A stretch of 45,343 nt of DNA from a virus (taxonomy: Duplodnaviria; Caudoviricetes), in the IMG/VR virus record IMGVR_UViG_3300026519_000020, positions 1 through 45,343 of that record. One strand, 5' to 3'. Under the pieces are notes generated by a model. It was given only the letters and a program-made list of their open reading frames with translations. It was not told the origin of the DNA and searched no databases. Made by a program: the position numbers and the translations under genes. This document shows positions 28,209-35,659 of the stretch, piece after piece (the first letter of the stretch is position 1; each line of letters starts with the position of its first letter).

Positions 28209-28733
28209 ATGGTGACAAATAATATGATAACAAAAAAACAATTGAAAAAAGTTCTTCACTATAATCCTGATACCGGTTTATTTACGTGGTTGATAAAAGT
28301 ATCTGGTGTTAATCCAGGTGATATAGCAGGTACAAAAAGAAAACACGACGGTAAAACTTATATTTTAATTAGTATAAAAAATAAAAAATATCGCGCCCAC
28401 AGGTTAGCATTTTTATATATGACAGGTTCATTCCCTAACTTAATATGTGATCATATTAACGGTGATGGTACTGATAATCGATGGGTTAATTTACGAGAAG
28501 TCGATCATGTTACTAATAATAGAAACATGAGGTTGCGGATCGATAACACAAGCGGTACACCTGGTGTTTATTGGAATAAGAAAGATAAACGCTGGCAAGT
28601 ATCAATAAAAACAGGTGAAAAACGCGGCTATATCGGTCAATTTAAAACATTAGAGGAAGCTGTTAAAGCTAGAAAAAATGCCGAACGCGAGCATGGTTTT
28701 CATAAAAATCACGGACAGGTTCGACCATTATGA
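28209..28733 (+). CDS. HNH homing endonuclease with C-terminal AP2 domain
   Basis: YNP.TG.F.W, AHRLAF.YM.G..P...DHING...DNRW.NLR, N.SG..GV.W....W.......G.F. Confidence 0.92.
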   Translation: MVTNNMITKKQLKKVLHYNPDTGLFTWLIKVSGVNPGDIAGTKRKHDGKTYILISIKNKKYRAHRLAFLYMTGSFPNLICDHINGDGTDNRWVNLREVDHVTNNRNMRLRIDNTSGTPGVYWNKKDKRWQVSIKTGEKRGYIGQFKTLEEAVKARKNAEREHGFHKNHGQVRPL

Positions 28734-31294
28734 TTAATATAACAGATGAAGAATTTTTGAAAGCGATTTTCGGTGAAAACACACCTTTTTGTCACGTAAC
28801 AGATTTTCCTTACCCTCCCGATAACATACCGGGGGGCAAACAATTAATAGCGTGGAAAGGTGATTATTATAGTCGTTATCATTTTCAACCTTGTACTAAT
28901 CGGTATTTTACGATATCAACATTCTACTGTGATGACAAACAACAAGCACGTAGACGTAAATCACTGTATAGGGAGACTTATTGCTTAGTACTTGATGATG
29001 TGCGTGAAAAGTTAAGTGAAGAAGTTGCCGCAAAATTACCAAAACCTTCGTGGATACTTGAAACATCTAAAGACAGTTTTCAATGGGGTTATATCTTTGT
29101 ACAACCAGTAACTGAATCTGCTAAAATTGATAATCTTAATGATGGTCTAATTGATAGCGATCTTGCGCCCAGCGGGAAAGATCCTGGTCAGCGCGGTATT
29201 ACTCGCTATGTTAAATTACCGTCGTCAATCAATAATAAAACGACAAAACTTAATGATGATGGTTCTGCATTTGTATCTAAATTACATTTATGGGAACCCT
29301 TCAATCGCGTTACTATTGAACAGCTTGCAGCACCATTTATGATTGACCTGAACCGGGTGCGACGTGAAGCTCGTACGGACGGTGCTGCAATTGTTTCCGA
29401 TCATCCTTTATTACAAATCCCTAATATTATCAAAATAAAAGAGGTGCGCTCAGATGGTCGCTTTGATATCACATGCCCGTGGGTCAACGAACACACCGGG
29501 GACGATGACAGCGGCAGTGCGGTGTTCACTAATGCGGATGGATCTATCGGATTCAAATGTCATCATGGTTCCTGCCAAGAACGAACCGGTCGTGATTTAT
29601 TACAATTTATCGACACGAATCAACCGGGATTTACAAAACAGTTTAAAAATTGGCAGATATTACACGAATTTAAAACAATTGTAGAACCGAGCTTCCTGGC
29701 ACCGGTCATATCGCAACCGGTGCAAAATATTGAACCGGTCACTTTCTTATCTAATGAATCGTCAATAGACGGGTTACAGTTATTATGTGATAACTTGCGA
29801 CGTGAACATCCAACATCAAATGAAGCACGCACCCTGGCTGCGAACATTTTAAAACACGCTGATGATTTACCCAAACTTGATAAAATGCAGTGGCATGATC
29901 AAGTATGTGATTTAATGTCCTGGGGTAAAGGTGACTTTAAAGATATTTTAAAAGATTTACGCCAGCAGTGGTACGGTGAGAAAATTAACGATGCTGCATT
30001 TTATAATGATATTGTTTTTGTTAAAGAACTGAATCAATTCTATGATTATAAATCACGTATCTTTTTCACAACTGACGCATTTCAAAACAGCTTTTCCCAC
30101 GAAGATGTTGATGTTAAAAAAATAGCATTGCAGGAAAACAGAGTAAAGAAAGTCGATAAGCTGGATTATGCACCGAAAAAACCACGTGTGTTTTCTGAAA
30201 ACGGTAGCACTTATGCGAACTCCTGGTCCGAAGACTCTCAATTCAACGGTGTTAAAGGTGATGTGCAACGCTGGTTTGACCATTTTGAAGCACTCGGCTG
30301 GGATGAGAATAGAAAGCATTTTATACAATGGATGGCTCACACGATGCGTCACCCGGATATCAAAATTAATCACATGTTGTTACTTGGCGGAGGTGAAGGT
30401 ATCGGTAAAGATTACTTGTTATACCCGCTCACTAAAGCCATGGGTGAAAATTATGAAGTTATCAGCGGTGAGGAATTATTGAGCGGATTTAACGATTATG
30501 TACTGTCTACAAAATATTTACATATTAACGAAGCGGAACTCGGTGATAGACGCGAAGCGGTTGCAGTAAGTAATAAATTAAAACCATTAGCTGCCGCACC
30601 ACCGGATACGTTTAGAGTCAATCAAAAGGGCATTAAGCCTATAAAAATACGCAACATTGTCAGCGTATCAATGACTACAAACAGTATGCTACCGGTGAGA
30701 TTAAATGGTCCATCACGGCGAATTTACGGCTTATGGTCCGAATTAAACCCGCGTGATATAAATGACAATATGAAGCCTGAATGGGTTGAATACTGGAAAG
30801 ACCGCTGGGGATGGATGCTTAAAGACGGCTGGAAAAATGTTGCTCATTATCTAATGTATGAAGTCGATTTAAGTGACTTTAATCCGCACTCAGCACCTGC
30901 TGTTACTGATTTTTTACGCGATATCAGGGAAGCATCTAAGTCACCCATGTTACAAACGATTGAAATATTTATTAAAAAGAAAATAGGCACCTTTGAATGT
31001 GATTTATTAACGTCGGCTGATATGGCTGAAACATTAAAAGCCGGCGGCATTTTTGCACCGAACGAGATGTATGCTAAAGCAGAACTGTTTACACCGATAC
31101 GTGTTGGTATGATGATGAAACAGGACGGTCGAATACGGCAATTAACATCATATAACCTGGGGCGTGAAATTAAACTTTGGGTTTTTAGGAATTTTGAAAA
31201 GTATAATGCAATGGATTCGACTTCATTATTCCACGAATATGTACGACAAGTTGATGTAATACGCGGTAAATCGCCACTGCGAGAAGTGAAATGA
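28730..31294 (+). CDS. Primase-helicase (RepB-like primase, Zn finger, DUF5906/SF3-like ATPase)
   Basis: LVLDDV, PSWILETS...FQWGY, CPW...H...CHHGSC, GGEGIGKD, INE, TTN. Confidence 0.88.
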   Translation: MINITDEEFLKAIFGENTPFCHVTDFPYPPDNIPGGKQLIAWKGDYYSRYHFQPCTNRYFTISTFYCDDKQQARRRKSLYRETYCLVLDDVREKLSEEVAAKLPKPSWILETSKDSFQWGYIFVQPVTESAKIDNLNDGLIDSDLAPSGKDPGQRGITRYVKLPSSINNKTTKLNDDGSAFVSKLHLWEPFNRVTIEQLAAPFMIDLNRVRREARTDGAAIVSDHPLLQIPNIIKIKEVRSDGRFDITCPWVNEHTGDDDSGSAVFTNADGSIGFKCHHGSCQERTGRDLLQFIDTNQPGFTKQFKNWQILHEFKTIVEPSFLAPVISQPVQNIEPVTFLSNESSIDGLQLLCDNLRREHPTSNEARTLAANILKHADDLPKLDKMQWHDQVCDLMSWGKGDFKDILKDLRQQWYGEKINDAAFYNDIVFVKELNQFYDYKSRIFFTTDAFQNSFSHEDVDVKKIALQENRVKKVDKLDYAPKKPRVFSENGSTYANSWSEDSQFNGVKGDVQRWFDHFEALGWDENRKHFIQWMAHTMRHPDIKINHMLLLGGGEGIGKDYLLYPLTKAMGENYEVISGEELLSGFNDYVLSTKYLHINEAELGDRREAVAVSNKLKPLAAAPPDTFRVNQKGIKPIKIRNIVSVSMTTNSMLPVRLNGPSRRIYGLWSELNPRDINDNMKPEWVEYWKDRWGWMLKDGWKNVAHYLMYEVDLSDFNPHSAPAVTDFLRDIREASKSPMLQTIEIFIKKKIGTFECDLLTSADMAETLKAGGIFAPNEMYAKAELFTPIRVGMMMKQDGRIRQLTSYNLGREIKLWVFRNFEKYNAMDSTSLFHEYVRQVDVIRGKSPLREVK

Positions 31295-31458
31295 GTAAAA
31301 AGAAAAAATTGACAGATACTTATGAAATGACAATATCAAGAAGTGAAGCGAATATCGTATCAACACGCGCTGAAAAACATGGATATGTTTCTGATCTAGA
31401 TTACCTGGAAGATGAAATAAAAAAGCTGATTGAATATTGGAATGCTAACTTTTTTTAG
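31291..31458 (+). CDS. Small hypothetical protein (55 aa, MSKKKK...WNANFF), not in ORF track
   Basis: ATGA overlap with primase stop. Confidence 0.6.
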   Translation: MSKKKKLTDTYEMTISRSEANIVSTRAEKHGYVSDLDYLEDEIKKLIEYWNANFF

Positions 31459-31582
31459 CTGATTGACGATACTTCATTTTGATAAAAGCAATATGGCGAG
31501 TATATTCATAATCTGTAAGCTGTTTTGCCTTCCGTCGTGCTTTAAAGTGCTTGAGTAGATAGCTGTATCGTGAGTCGGTCAT
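31445..31582 (-). CDS. Basic microprotein (45 aa, MTDSRYSYLL...)
   Basis: ATGA-coupled to the preceding small ORF. Confidence 0.5.
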   Translation of the reverse strand: MTDSRYSYLLKHFKARRKAKQLTDYEYTRHIAFIKMKYRQSAKKS

Positions 31583-31641
31583 TGATATACGATGCAGTTA
31601 GCTAACATGAGTGTAATAGTGATTAGTAGTAAGATATTCAT
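31579..31641 (-). CDS. Hydrophobic microprotein (20 aa, MNILLLITITLMLANCIVYQ)
   Basis: ATGA overlaps at both ends. Confidence 0.45.
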   Translation of the reverse strand: MNILLLITITLMLANCIVYQ

Positions 31642-31766
31642 TTTTTTGTCTCGACCGCACGTAATTCGGCTATCCATTTTTCAGCAACACTAGCCGGATA
31701 GATATTTGAAGTGCGTATAAATTCAATTATATCTTGTTTTGTTTCTGCTGTTAGCTCATTCATCAT
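31638..31766 (-). CDS. Microprotein (42 aa, MMNELTAETKQDII...)
   Basis: Overlap-coupled in the early gene chain. Confidence 0.55.
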   Translation of the reverse strand: MMNELTAETKQDIIEFIRTSNIYPASVAEKWIAELRAVETKK

Positions 31767-31842
31767 ATTCTTCACCGATTACCTGTAAAATAATTATGAT
31801 TAGTGCAAATGCAGCGATGTGAAGTGCTGGCCAATATATCAT
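31756..31842 (-). CDS. Single-TM microprotein (28 aa, MIYWPALHIAAFALIIIIL...)
   Basis: ATGA overlap with 31839 stop; AGGAG upstream. Confidence 0.55.
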   Translation of the reverse strand: MIYWPALHIAAFALIIIILQVIGEEYDE

Positions 31843-32111
31843 TTTTCTTGCTCCTTTAGCTTGTTGACTTCATAGCACCATTGACACTGATAGACTTCGC
31901 CGTAATTATCGTAATAAGCACCCGATTTATTCTCGCATTGAGGACAGTCAGCGGCATCTATTAAATCAAGCAATGCGCTCCGGTCATATTCTAACTCAGA
32001 AATTATCGCTATGTGACGGGCTATGTCATGCCGCAGGTCTTCGTTTTCTTTTTCAAGTTTCGCGCATTTAGCTGTCACTTCTGCATAGTCTTTGACTTTA
32101 ATTTCCATCAC
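31839..32111 (-). CDS. Hypothetical protein, coiled coil plus CxxC...CxxC
   Basis: CPQC and CQWC; GGAGAG RBS. Confidence 0.75.
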   Translation of the reverse strand: MMEIKVKDYAEVTAKCAKLEKENEDLRHDIARHIAIISELEYDRSALLDLIDAADCPQCENKSGAYYDNYGEVYQCQWCYEVNKLKEQEK

Positions 32112-32421
32112 TCTCCCCTTTCATAATCTCAATCGCACAGGCTGTGACAGCTTCGCCTAATGTTTTGCCTATCGCTGCCATTTCGATACCTGTGCAACTC
32201 ATTGCTAGCCATTCTTTTTCATCACCATCCCACTGCAATTCAATTTTAAAATCATTCTGCAATTCATAACATTGTTTTGGATTGTTTGCTGGGTCATAAG
32301 CTAATAATTCACCATCTTTTCTAACGCACATCTTGTCGTCATATTTTGCCAGCTTGCCGGACTCGGTGTAGATAACTTCATACCCCATTCGCTCTGCTAA
32401 TTGTTTAAGTTTGTTTGTCAT
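32098..32421 (-). CDS. NinX/DUF2591-like hypothetical protein
   Basis: LA..MG, YDP..N..Q...L.....I.L, W.A, G.T..EAV..CAI; start MTNK at 32421. Confidence 0.55.
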   Translation of the reverse strand: MTNKLKQLAERMGYEVIYTESGKLAKYDDKMCVRKDGELLAYDPANNPKQCYELQNDFKIELQWDGDEKEWLAMSCTGIEMAAIGKTLGEAVTACAIEIMKGESDGN

Positions 32422-32599
32422 TTTCGACCTCCTCAATAACTTTGCTCAATATTTTAGCTAACGCGGCTATTGCAGCGCCTTGTTTGCCAAAATATTCGGC
32501 AACATTTACGCCGTTAAATTCTTTACCTTCGTATTCAATAGCATCATTTTCCATATCATCTGCAATCATTTTTAAAACTTTTAGCTTCTTATCCATCAC
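32405..32599 (-). CDS. Hypothetical protein
   Basis: Coupled ORF in the early cluster; GGAGG RBS. Confidence 0.7.
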   Translation of the reverse strand: MMDKKLKVLKMIADDMENDAIEYEGKEFNGVNVAEYFGKQGAAIAALAKILSKVIEEVENDKQT

Positions 32600-32814
32600 A
32601 CGTACCTCCAGCTATATAATTGTTTGGTAAAGTCTTTGGGTGGTTTGGATTTGTGGAGCTCTATACGGTCACTTCCGTAGGGTGTTTTGCAATCCCAAAT
32701 AAGCGTATGCAGTACAGGCTTATATTTATAGCCCCACCACCAACCATCTGCATCCTGCGCTATCCACCGCACCCAACTTGGCACTTTTTCTGGCTTGAAT
32801 TTAGTGCTCATCAT
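32596..32814 (-). CDS. Hypothetical phage protein (P.W..WIA.D.DG.W..Y..KP type)
   Basis: Recognisable phage small-protein motif; GAGGGG RBS. Confidence 0.75.
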   Translation of the reverse strand: MMSTKFKPEKVPSWVRWIAQDADGWWWGYKYKPVLHTLIWDCKTPYGSDRIELHKSKPPKDFTKQLYSWRYV

Positions 32815-33269
32815 GCCCCCTCAAACAATACATTAAGCCGGTCGCCGAAGTGGGCGAGTAATTCTTCCGCACAGTTTTTATAAACTTTTGGTAAATTATC
32901 GTAATTATTCTTGAGCGGCGCGCAGGCGATAGTAGTGCCGTTATGGTAAAGGCTAAAATTAAGTTTAACTTCACTTCCATTAAAACCCTTTGCCCATTGC
33001 TCAAGCTCATAAAGTACGTGCATTTTCTTAGCGTTATCTGCGTACCAATCTCGCGCCCATACTGCCTCGGCTTTTGTTTGGAACACCCTTCCTTGTTTTA
33101 ATTCGTTTTTCCACTCACTATGATAACCTCTTTGTTCTATGAGCCCACTAGCGAACACTACGTAACATTTATCTCCTTCCTGCGGCCACGGCTTTTCGGC
33201 GTCTTCAAGCTCTGCAATCTGCTTGTTAAGTTTCTTTTCTGTTTCTTTTAATTCTTCAAGTTTGTTCAT
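32811..33269 (-). CDS. Hypothetical protein
   Basis: N-terminal coiled coil, WPQ.GD..Y, G..F.T..EA pattern. Confidence 0.75.
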   Translation of the reverse strand: MNKLEELKETEKKLNKQIAELEDAEKPWPQEGDKCYVVFASGLIEQRGYHSEWKNELKQGRVFQTKAEAVWARDWYADNAKKMHVLYELEQWAKGFNGSEVKLNFSLYHNGTTIACAPLKNNYDNLPKVYKNCAEELLAHFGDRLNVLFEGA

Positions 33270-33275
33270 AATTAT

Positions 33276-33503
33276 TTACCTTTTAGTTAGTCCGCAATAA
33301 CCGCCGGGGACAAAAACTCGTTTCATCTTGTCGCCTGAGCAGTGCTCAAATTCTGGTTTAGACACCCACATCATGCAGTCAGTAGTAATGCAATTACATA
33401 CGCCTTGCTGAAAAATATAATCAGCATCTCTATTGCCTGATACGTTATTAAATATGTATATTGTACAAGGACACCATTTCTTTTTAGCTTCTTCTTCAGT
33501 CAT
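33276..33503 (-). CDS. Cys-rich hypothetical protein
   Basis: TEEEA..KWCP...C....CM.W...GYCGL; GAGGA RBS. Confidence 0.75.
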   Translation of the reverse strand: MTEEEAKKKWCPCTIYIFNNVSGNRDADYIFQQGVCNCITTDCMMWVSKPEFEHCSGDKMKRVFVPGGYCGLTKR

Positions 33504-33520
33504 AATCTAATCCTCTTAAT

Positions 33521-33660
33521 TGGGTGGAGTGGTTAGGGCGTTACTTCCTAACTTCTTTTGCTTTTGTATATATAGCTTCTAGCATCAATACAGGAATCAT
33601 GTGTGCCCACTAGCAAAAGTAACCCTTTGCACAACTTGCATGCTTCACATGCTTCACTCC
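33521..33660 (-). ncRNA. Putative tRNA-shaped structured RNA (~140 nt)
   Basis: GGAGTG/CACTCC acceptor-like stem plus ACCCA end, GCATG/CATGC arm, GTTAGG/CCTAAC arm, CTTTTGCT/AGCAAAAG stem; intergenic. Confidence 0.5.
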
Positions 33661-33678
33661 ATAGACTTTTAAAAATTC

Positions 33679-33915
33679 TTATTTACTTTGTTTACCATAT
33701 TCGTATGCAGCCTCAATAGCATCAGCTATCCAGCCTAAATCACGATTAAATGTAGCATCTTCGGGCTCCATTGCGTCAGAATACAAACCAACGCAAAAGC
33801 CCCCATAAGTCACCCGTAGATAAGATGCGCTTTTTTTGCCGCAGCCATTATCCGGCTGATCTTTTTTTTCTTCTTCGGTCAAATCTTCAAAACTTACTAA
33901 TTCAATTTCTAGCAT
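33679..33915 (-). CDS. Hypothetical phage protein (D.MEPEDA.F.RDL.WI type)
   Basis: Recognisable motif; coupled to the upstream ORF. Confidence 0.75.
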   Translation of the reverse strand: MLEIELVSFEDLTEEEKKDQPDNGCGKKSASYLRVTYGGFCVGLYSDAMEPEDATFNRDLGWIADAIEAAYEYGKQSK

Positions 33916-34115
33916 GTGTATCCACCTATAAATAAATTATTTTCAATCTGCCAGCGCATTTCTGTTAAAGTGCAGTAGCGGCCAAATTGAATATGTAAAC
34001 TTTTATCATATGGCTTTCCTGATTCAATATTAAATCCGTACGACGCCTCAAACCAATTAATGCGTCTGTTTAATTCATTTTTAATCGCTGTTTTTGTTAG
34101 CTTGTTTTCTGACAT
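33909..34115 (-). CDS. Hypothetical protein
   Basis: GAGGA RBS; early cluster. Confidence 0.7.
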   Translation of the reverse strand: MSENKLTKTAIKNELNRRINWFEASYGFNIESGKPYDKSLHIQFGRYCTLTEMRWQIENNLFIGGYTC

Positions 34116-34127
34116 TTACTTATCCTC

Positions 34128-34145
34128 TATCGTATCAGCGTATCT
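34128..34145. repeat. 18-bp direct repeat copy 1 (TATCGTATCAGCGTATCT)
   Basis: 17/18 identical to 34932-34949; flanks the PAPS reductase-like gene. Confidence 0.8.
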
Positions 34146-34920
34146 ATAATCCACATTCACATGCAACAGGGGCTTCAACTTCATGTAATATGTCTCCCGA
34201 TTTAAATGCTTTTTCAAGTTCTGCTATTGTATATCTAATATTCCATTGAGAATTTATTACAGTCTGATCATCTTTGTTATCTAAGGCGTTTAACCTTTTT
34301 TCAATATCACGCATATATGCCCATTGCTCGGGGTATTTCTTCCATAAAACATAAAACCCTCTTATTTTTTGATAGGGGCAAAAATAACACCCAGTCCTCT
34401 CAAAATATTCATACAACGGGTTTATTAGATCAATTTCCTTTAAGTATCTATCAATATCAGCTTCACATTTTTTAAATTCGATAAGAGGGAAACGCTGATT
34501 TTTATCTTTCACATTAGCGCGTTTTCGTTCCGAATATGTGTACCCGATATATTGAATGTAATCTTTAATATTGTTGTCTTTTAAAAATTTATTAAACGGG
34601 TTTACTTTGCTTTCTCGCTTCCAGTAGCACGGCTGTGTAACCATCGGTAAACCACGAATCATCCCTTCTCTAGCACCTCTGGTTATTTTACCAAAACACC
34701 AATCTTCAAATGACTCTCCACGCTTATGCGTTAGAACAGTTAATTTTTTATAATATTTTTCTAACCTTGCATTAATCTTAGTTAGATATTTATACATCTC
34801 TGGAAACTCGCTTTCAGTATCCGTGAAAATTATGTAGTCTAACGTCATACCTTTTTCTAGCATCATAAAAACCATTGCTGTTGAGTCTCTGCCGCCGCTA
34901 ATCATTGCTATATGTTTCAT
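34144..34920 (-). CDS. PAPS/APS reductase-family (adenine nucleotide alpha-hydrolase) protein
   Basis: SGGRDS, F.DT..EFPE.Y, C....KV.P, FPL, RTGCYFCP, C-terminal CEC. Confidence 0.88.
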   Translation of the reverse strand: MKHIAMISGGRDSTAMVFMMLEKGMTLDYIIFTDTESEFPEMYKYLTKINARLEKYYKKLTVLTHKRGESFEDWCFGKITRGAREGMIRGLPMVTQPCYWKRESKVNPFNKFLKDNNIKDYIQYIGYTYSERKRANVKDKNQRFPLIEFKKCEADIDRYLKEIDLINPLYEYFERTGCYFCPYQKIRGFYVLWKKYPEQWAYMRDIEKRLNALDNKDDQTVINSQWNIRYTIAELEKAFKSGDILHEVEAPVACECGL

Positions 34921-35111
34921 TATTCCCCCTTTATCGTATCAGCATATCTTAGTGAGCAATGAAACCCTTTGCCGATGTTTGTGTGGCCTTTCTTAATGCA
35001 ATCATTGCTTACAACAAATATAGTAATCATTACACCAACCGCGAGCCAAAACACGGCGATCACAATGTAGTTAAAGATTAATCGGTTTTGTTTAATGTTT
35101 AAAATTGTCAT
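34920..35111 (-). CDS. Small membrane protein
   Basis: One hydrophobic helix; coupled to the PAPS gene. Confidence 0.65.
   Translation of the reverse strand: MTILNIKQNRLIFNYIVIAVFWLAVGVMITIFVVSNDCIKKGHTNIGKGFHCSLRYADTIKGE
34932..34949. repeat. 18-bp direct repeat copy 2 (TATCGTATCAGCATATCT)
   Basis: Matches 34128-34145. Confidence 0.8.
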
Positions 35112-35199
35112 CTAAAATTTCCTTATGTACCCAAAAGAGTAATACACCGATAATTGCAATTATCCCGATAATGATTATTAATCCTATTTTCCAGGTCAT
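35092..35199 (-). CDS. Single-TM microprotein (35 aa, MTWKIGLIIIIG...)
   Basis: ATGA-coupled; AAGGT upstream. Confidence 0.55.
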   Translation of the reverse strand: MTWKIGLIIIIGIIAIIGVLLFWVHKEILDDNFKH

Positions 35200-35354
35200 T
35201 TTTTTACCTTTTTAATTAAATCAATTAGCACTTTTTTACCATCAACAAGGTGTTGTCGGCATTTCGGTGGATCGTCATCATTGATATCCCACACCAGGTT
35301 ACAGCTATCACAGTGATGTTCTGTGCCGATAACGACTGCTTTACAACCATGCAT
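35196..35354 (-). CDS. Cys/His-rich microprotein (52 aa, MHGCKAVV...CDSC.L.WD..D.DPP.C)
   Basis: Fills the gap; probable Zn ribbon. Confidence 0.6.
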   Translation of the reverse strand: MHGCKAVVIGTEHHCDSCNLVWDINDDDPPKCRQHLVDGKKVLIDLIKKVKK

Positions 35355-35374
35355 ACCATACACCTTTAATGAGC

Positions 35375-35611
35375 TTACACCGTTTTACCTGGTGGCAACC
35401 AATCTGGCGAACCAATTTGATTGCCGAGCCGAGGTTTTTTGACTTTATTAACATTTTCTAATTCCTTAAAATTGTCAGTGAAATGACTGCGAGTGACACA
35501 AACAGGCGTGTCATCGTCACATCTGAATACAACGTGCGAAGTGCATACTGCCCAAACTTCAACAATATCGTTGTCTTTATTTATGTAATTTATTCCGATT
35601 TTCGGTCTCAT
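35375..35611 (-). CDS. First early gene, hypothetical; probably leaderless (start ATG 35611)
   Basis: Track start 35620 lies inside the -10 box; ATG 35611 is 7 nt after it. Confidence 0.65.
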   Translation of the reverse strand: MRPKIGINYINKDNDIVEVWAVCTSHVVFRCDDDTPVCVTRSHFTDNFKELENVNKVKKPRLGNQIGSPDWLPPGKTV

Positions 35612-35647
35612 GTGTAACATTGTAGTCAGGTTGTGTCACCATGTCAA
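35612..35647 (-). promoter_or_regulatory. Strong early sigma70 promoter TTGACA-17-TACAAT with GTGTAACATTGT operator
   Basis: tgtcaa 35642-35647, attgta 35619-35624, operator 35612-35623. Confidence 0.85.
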
Positions 35648-35659
35648 CTGTTATTTGCA

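Noticed and set aside
33521-33660. Canonical tRNA or tmRNA
   Set aside because: No TTCRA T-loop or anticodon arm; too short for tmRNA and no tag ORF seen; retained only as tRNA-like
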